Source of the DNA: Candidatus Thorarchaeota archaeon
GTDB lineage: Archaea; Asgardarchaeota; Thorarchaeia; Thorarchaeales; Thorarchaeaceae
Assembly (NCBI GenBank): GCA_016840855.1
Contig: JAEORO010000007.1
Span: forward strand, 1-11,115
DNA length: 11,115 nt
Direction of reading: 5' to 3'
Both the position numbers and the translations under genes were made by a program. Every line of letters begins with the position of its first letter. Position 1 is the stretch's first letter. The notes below the pieces were generated by a model that was given only the letters and a program-made list of their open reading frames with translations, was not told the origin of the DNA and searched no databases. Positions 6,713-11,115 of the stretch are shown piece after piece.

Positions 6713-8025
6713 CTATATTCGAAATCATATCGATGTAATTTTTCTTCCTTGAAGACATTTCTTCCATCCACAAAAGTGCGAGTCCTCATCTTCTCCCCCA
6801 GTTTCTGGAAATCCAAGTCAAGATAGTCTCTATGTTTTGTCACAAGAGCAAGGCAGTCTGAGTCTGAGGCTGCTACATCGAGATCTCTCTCAATCTCATG
6901 AGGTCCAAGATCCCAGACCCGTACATACGGGTCATGAAGGACTACTTTTACTCCTTTCAACTCTAACGCCTTAATCAGCGCTTGAGCTGGTGAGTTCCTA
7001 GTATCGTCTGAGTTCTCTAAATATGCGATGCCGAGTATAGTCACTGTAGCATTTTGAATTTTAACTCCCTTCTTTTCAAGAGCATCTTCAATAAGGAGCG
7101 CCATATGAACAGGCATGTAATTGTTAATCTCTCGCGCAAGAGAAATGAACCGAGGCTCTACCTTCTGAGCTCCGTATTCATTGACACCATATCTCAGTAA
7201 CCAGGTGTCCTTTGGAAGACAGTGACCACCGACTCCTGCACCTGGGATGTGCATCATTCTACTTGGGAGCTCATTCACAAGGTCAATCACTTCGTAAACG
7301 TTGACACCAAGACTCTCACAGACAAGTGCCATCTCGTTGGCAAATGCTATGTTCACGTCCCTGAAAGCATTCTCAACCGTTTTGGAAAGCTCTGCAGTAA
7401 GGATGTCTGTTTGATGAACCTTCGCCTTTACGATCTTCGAATACATATCCACAGCTCTTTTGCCACTCTTCGGTGTTATTCCTCCAACTATTCTTGGTAG
7501 ATTGATTATGTTATGAATCAGCTTTCCTGGCATAACACGTTCATAGGCAAAGGCAAGGTCGAAGTCCTCTCCAGCGCTCATCCCGGACTGCTCTTCGATT
7601 ATCTTCTGGACAAGGTTTTGAGTTGTTCCAGGAGCCACTGTAGACTCAACAACGACGAGTGTTCCCTTCTGAATACGGTCTCCTATCTGTTTACTCACTT
7701 CTATCAGTGACTCATATTGAGGAACGTGATTTTCATCGGTGGGTGTTTGGACATCTATAAGGATGACATCAGACGTCTTTAGGACATCTACGTCCTCGGT
7801 GACCTTCAAGCTTCCCTTTGCAACAACTCTAGCAATCAGTTCGTCGAGACCTGGTTCATCTCCCTCAAAAGGTGATTTTCCTGCGTTGAGATGATCAATC
7901 TTCCAACCGGATCTCTTTGACCGTCTTTGAAGTCCCGTCACCTGAAAACCATCGACATCGGCGAGTAATGCTGCGCAGGGAATGCCAACATATCCCATTC
8001 CGATGACAGTAATTCTGGTCACCAT
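6682..8025 (-). CDS. Nucleotide-sugar 6-dehydrogenase, copy B (paralogue of 1078-2424)
   Basis: Same motifs at the same residue numbers as copy A (GMGYVG, Lys215, GVGGHC269LPKD, DGRN). 447 aa and collinear without gaps. Confidence 0.93.
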   Translation of the reverse strand: MVTRITVIGMGYVGIPCAALLADVDGFQVTGLQRRSKRSGWKIDHLNAGKSPFEGDEPGLDELIARVVAKGSLKVTEDVDVLKTSDVILIDVQTPTDENHVPQYESLIEVSKQIGDRIQKGTLVVVESTVAPGTTQNLVQKIIEEQSGMSAGEDFDLAFAYERVMPGKLIHNIINLPRIVGGITPKSGKRAVDMYSKIVKAKVHQTDILTAELSKTVENAFRDVNIAFANEMALVCESLGVNVYEVIDLVNELPSRMMHIPGAGVGGHCLPKDTWLLRYGVNEYGAQKVEPRFISLAREINNYMPVHMALLIEDALEKKGVKIQNATVTILGIAYLENSDDTRNSPAQALIKALELKGVKVVLHDPYVRVWDLGPHEIERDLDVAASDSDCLALVTKHRDYLDLDFQKLGEKMRTRTFVDGRNVFKEEKLHRYDFEYRAIGKAGLKR

Positions 8026-8094
8026 TTGTCATTCCTCGACTGTCTATCGTGCCCATTGCTTACTTGAAAAAGGTTGTCAAATACGTCTGACTGG

Positions 8095-9309
8095 CTAGTC
8101 TAAAATGATGACCTCGATCTCCTGACCTTCCTCAATCACATCTAGATTGACTGGAAGCATGACATATCCATCTGCTTGAGCCATGCTTGTGATGGCTCCA
8201 GAGTGTTTGAAGACCGGATAGGCAATCCCATTCTCTATTCTCACCGTCAAGAACTGCTTCCGACCTGAGGACGATACGATTCTCTTTCCCATTTTCGCTC
8301 TAACAGTTCGCTCGTTTCCGCTTGGCAGTCCCGCCATTCTCCTAATAGCTGGCACGAGAAAGATATGCGCGTTACTGAGACAAGATGTTGGAAATCCAGG
8401 CATACCAAAGATAGGTTTTCCATCAATGAGTCCAAAAAGGGTTGGTTTTCCAGGCTTTATCTGTACACCATGGAACAACACCTGCCCCATCTCTTCTACT
8501 ATCCCTGCAAGTAGGTCCTTCTCACCGACTGAACTACCGCCTGAGAGTACCACCATGTCTGACTCCAAGGCTTTCTTGATTCCCTCTCGTAATAACTTCG
8601 GGTCGTCTGTGATGATTGGGTGCCGCTGAATCGATGCGCCATTTCTCTTGAGAATTGCTTCAAGAGTGAATGAGTTCACATCATAGATCTGACCCGGACT
8701 GAGTGGTTGTCCTGGTTGTACTATTTCAGTTCCTGTTGCAATAATGCTCACTCTAGGTTTTTGATACACTTCAACTTCAGTTCTACCGAGTGCTGATAAT
8801 GTCCCAATCTTCGCTGGAGTCAGGAATGTTCCCTTTTTGAGGACAGTTTCTCCTTTCTTGATGTCTTCTCCTAGCTTGGATATATTAGCTCCTGGATAAA
8901 CCGGCTTTGTGATGAGGACTTTGTCACCTTTTTTCTCTGTAAACTCCACCATGACAACAGCATCTGCACCAGGTGGTTTTGGAGATCCTGTAGCAATCTG
9001 AACACAGTGCCCCCTCGTGACAGTGATATCCGAAACTTCACCCGCATGAATCACACCATCAACCTCTAGTAGAACCTCATGCTGATCTGCATCGAAAGTG
9101 TCCTGAGCAATCACCGCATACCCATCCATGGCTGACCTGTCAAACGGCGGTACCGACTTGTCTGCAAGAATGTCTTCAGCAAGAACGCGACCGACTGCGC
9201 TATCAACAGCTAACGACTCCATGCGGTCTATCGCCTTAGTGTTCGATAGTATGAGTTTTTCCGCTTCTTCATGTGACACTAGCAGACTGAATGGTTCCAT
9301 CTCTTTCAT
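8095..9309 (-). CDS. moeA: Molybdopterin molybdenum/tungsten transferase MoeA
   Basis: GRVLAEDI, VPPFDRSAMDGYAV, IATG..P.GADAVVMVE, GEDI, TGTEI, PGQIYDVN, SGGSSVGEKD, IKPGKPT, GMPGFP. The start overlaps the moaB stop (ATGA). Confidence 0.96.
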   Translation of the reverse strand: MKEMEPFSLLVSHEEAEKLILSNTKAIDRMESLAVDSAVGRVLAEDILADKSVPPFDRSAMDGYAVIAQDTFDADQHEVLLEVDGVIHAGEVSDITVTRGHCVQIATGSPKPPGADAVVMVEFTEKKGDKVLITKPVYPGANISKLGEDIKKGETVLKKGTFLTPAKIGTLSALGRTEVEVYQKPRVSIIATGTEIVQPGQPLSPGQIYDVNSFTLEAILKRNGASIQRHPIITDDPKLLREGIKKALESDMVVLSGGSSVGEKDLLAGIVEEMGQVLFHGVQIKPGKPTLFGLIDGKPIFGMPGFPTSCLSNAHIFLVPAIRRMAGLPSGNERTVRAKMGKRIVSSSGRKQFLTVRIENGIAYPVFKHSGAITSMAQADGYVMLPVNLDVIEEGQEIEVIILD

Positions 9310-9806
9310 CTATCTATCTCCCAAAGTAGGTGACCAATCCCCGGAAGGATGATCTTTGTGAGTGCGGTTGTCACTGCATTCTTTGATCCCGGAAGGCAGA
9401 ACACCACCTTATCTTCAATTAATCCAGCTGTGGAGCGGCTATAGATGCCTGCAACTCCGATTTCATCGTAGCTCAGCTTTCTGAAATGCTCGCCAAAACC
9501 TGGAAGGGTTTGACTGAACATAGGTGCTACTGTACTAACAGTCTTGTCCCTACTACTGACTCCAGTACCTCCGCTTGTCAAAATCAGTCGAATCTCTGGA
9601 TTTGAGATGTACCCTCTCATCGTGTCCTCGATGGCTTTACTTTCATTCTTCACAATATCATATGCCTTGATAACATGGCCATTTGATTCAAGAAGGTTGA
9701 TTGCAATTTTTCCTGACTCGTCTGTTTCTTTGGTCCTGCTATCACTCACAATCAACACTGCACAACCTGCAGAGACCTTTTGATCACGCCGATGCTCATC
9801 CTTCAT
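9306..9806 (-). CDS. moaB: MoaB/Mog-family molybdopterin adenylyltransferase
   Basis: VSDSRT..TDESG, TSGGTG..RDKT, LPGFGE.FR.LSY, SRSTAG, FCLPGS. Confidence 0.92.
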   Translation of the reverse strand: MKDEHRRDQKVSAGCAVLIVSDSRTKETDESGKIAINLLESNGHVIKAYDIVKNESKAIEDTMRGYISNPEIRLILTSGGTGVSSRDKTVSTVAPMFSQTLPGFGEHFRKLSYDEIGVAGIYSRSTAGLIEDKVVFCLPGSKNAVTTALTKIILPGIGHLLWEIDR

Positions 9807-10262
9807 TCACTCATACTTCCTCTTCTCAGTGACTTTGATATTTTCCAGCCTTGCGTTGGGATATTGTCCATCAGCGTCTTTCTCAAGATACTTTACCATG
9901 TCCCAGATTGAGAGGAGTGCTGTTGTGACTCCAACGAGTGCTTCCATCTCCACTCCTGTCATGTACTTCGCAGAAACTCGGCAAGTAGCATGAATTCTCG
10001 TTTTTTCAAGGTTAAACAACACTTCAACAGAAGTGAGCGGTATCTGATGGCAGAGAGGGATTATCTCAGAAGTCCTCTTAGCTCCTAGTATTCCTGCAGT
10101 TTCAGACACAGCAAGAACATTCCCTTTCTTTGTAGTCCCTGTTCGAATTTTATTGATGGTTTCGGCCTGGAGAATAATCTCACCAGTGGCTTCTGCAGAA
10201 CGTTGAACAAGCTCTTTCCCTGAAATATCGACCATCTTAACTGGATTCTCTCTCTTTGCCAT
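9807..10262 (-). CDS. moaC: Cyclic pyranopterin monophosphate synthase MoaC
   Basis: MVDISGK..R.A.A.G, KKGNVL, GAKRTSEIIPLCH, TGVEMEAL, IWDMVK. The ATG at 10262 (1 nt after the moaE stop) is preferred over the longer ORF that overlaps moaE. Confidence 0.95.
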   Translation of the reverse strand: MAKRENPVKMVDISGKELVQRSAEATGEIILQAETINKIRTGTTKKGNVLAVSETAGILGAKRTSEIIPLCHQIPLTSVEVLFNLEKTRIHATCRVSAKYMTGVEMEALVGVTTALLSIWDMVKYLEKDADGQYPNARLENIKVTEKRKYE

Positions 10263-10263
10263 T

Positions 10264-10671
10264 TTACTTCTCACCAACCCAGTATTCGTCCACCTCAGTA
10301 ATTTCCTTCTTCCAGATGTGAACAAACTCTTTCAGTCGTTCAATTGCGTATCGACAACCCTCAAATGCCTGAGGACGATGTCCCGCCCCGACAGCTATGA
10401 CAACAATGTTCTCTCCCACAGAAAGTGTTCCTACTCTGTGTACAATTGAAACATCAGTGACTCCAAACTTCTCAATTACCTCCTCTCGAATCTGGCTGAG
10501 CTGAGTGACTGCCTCTGGTGTATCCGCTTCAAACTTAAGCTCTCTGACTATCTTACCATCGGTCATATCTCTCACAGTTCCAAGAAATATCACAAGGCAA
10601 CCCATTGATGGTTTTCGAGTAGCTGCAACCACTTTGTCTATCTGGAAGTCATCCCGTGTGATTTCGATCAT
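10264..10671 (-). CDS. moaE: Molybdopterin synthase catalytic subunit MoaE
   Basis: G.LVIFLGTVRD, HRVGTL.VGE, GHR..AFEGCRYAIERLK, IWKKE, YWV. Confidence 0.94.
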   Translation of the reverse strand: MIEITRDDFQIDKVVAATRKPSMGCLVIFLGTVRDMTDGKIVRELKFEADTPEAVTQLSQIREEVIEKFGVTDVSIVHRVGTLSVGENIVVIAVGAGHRPQAFEGCRYAIERLKEFVHIWKKEITEVDEYWVGEK

Positions 10672-10673
10672 CG

Positions 10674-11115
10674 TTAGTTTTCATCTCGCCAATAGGGCTC
10701 TCTATTTGATACGGACTGCTTGAATGCTTGCTGAATGGCTTTCTCCTGCTCGAGTTGTCCGTCACAGGGGAACACCTCTACAACATTATCCTGTCTATAT
10801 AGACAAGGCTTCAACTTTCCGTCAGAGGTCACTCTCAGGCGAGTACAGCCTTCGCAGAATTCTGTGTTATGCATTGGTCTGACAATCTCTACCGATACGT
10901 TTCGTTTTAAATCGAGGGGAATCGTGTACAATAACCGATTCTGTGTGCGACGCTTCTCAATCTTGGTGGCTCTATTTTTGAGTTCCTTTTCGAGAGGACC
11001 TAAGTCCACCCAGAGTTCATCTATGTTCTGTAAATCGCTATCTGGTATTTGCTGCATTTCTATTATTTGCAGTGTGACTCCCATATCAGAAGCAAAGTCC
11101 ATCATTTCCCAAATA
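10674..11115 (-). CDS. moaA: GTP 3',8-cyclase MoaA, C-terminal part (5' end outside the window)
   Basis: C-terminal 4Fe-4S motif FCEGCTRLRVTSDGKLKPCL (Cx2Cx13C), VEIVRPMHN, and an archaeal-type REPYW end with no bacterial GG tail. Confidence 0.93.
   Translation of the reverse strand, partial: IWEMMDFASDMGVTLQIIEMQQIPDSDLQNIDELWVDLGPLEKELKNRATKIEKRRTQNRLLYTIPLDLKRNVSVEIVRPMHNTEFCEGCTRLRVTSDGKLKPCLYRQDNVVEVFPCDGQLEQEKAIQQAFKQSVSNREPYWRDEN

Noticed and set aside
1078-8025. Composite transposon or assembly duplication as the explanation for the flanking repeats
   Set aside because: The flanks are metabolic genes with no transposase or terminal repeats, and they are far too diverged at the DNA level for a duplicated assembly segment.
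10263-10325. 21-aa N-terminal extension of MoaC in the ORF track
   Set aside because: It overlaps moaE. The ATG at 10262 directly follows the moaE stop and matches the family start.
1-11115. CRISPR array, tRNA/rRNA, integrase/transposase, selenocysteine or pyrrolysine readthrough
   Set aside because: No regularly spaced repeats, no intergenic space with a tRNA-like fold, no recombinase motifs, and all complete proteins end at family-typical lengths.

Overview
An archaeal-looking chromosomal window of about 45% GC by eye. The evidence for an archaeal source is an ApgM-type mutase, GGTGA-type Shine-Dalgarno sites, an archaeal-style MoaA C-terminus and a eukaryote-like enolase; an Asgard or TACK-type lineage is possible, but that is inference. 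From left to right: the end of a lower-GC surface-glycan cluster (a probable gmd tail, then GDP-L-fucose synthase); NDP-sugar dehydrogenase copy A; a lower-glycolysis cassette (pyk on the minus strand, divergent from eno-apgM); NDP-sugar dehydrogenase copy B (a collinear paralogue of A, same orientation); and a translationally coupled Mo/W-cofactor operon (moaA partial, moaE, moaC, moaB, moeA). All genes belong to known families, and I see no mobile element, CRISPR array or RNA gene. Three signals stand out. First, a ~100-bp degenerate palindrome fills the pyk/eno divergent intergenic region. Second, twin dehydrogenases bracket the glycolytic cassette. Third, both twins share non-canonical cofactor and nucleotide-binding motifs but differ in a loop linked to substrate specificity.
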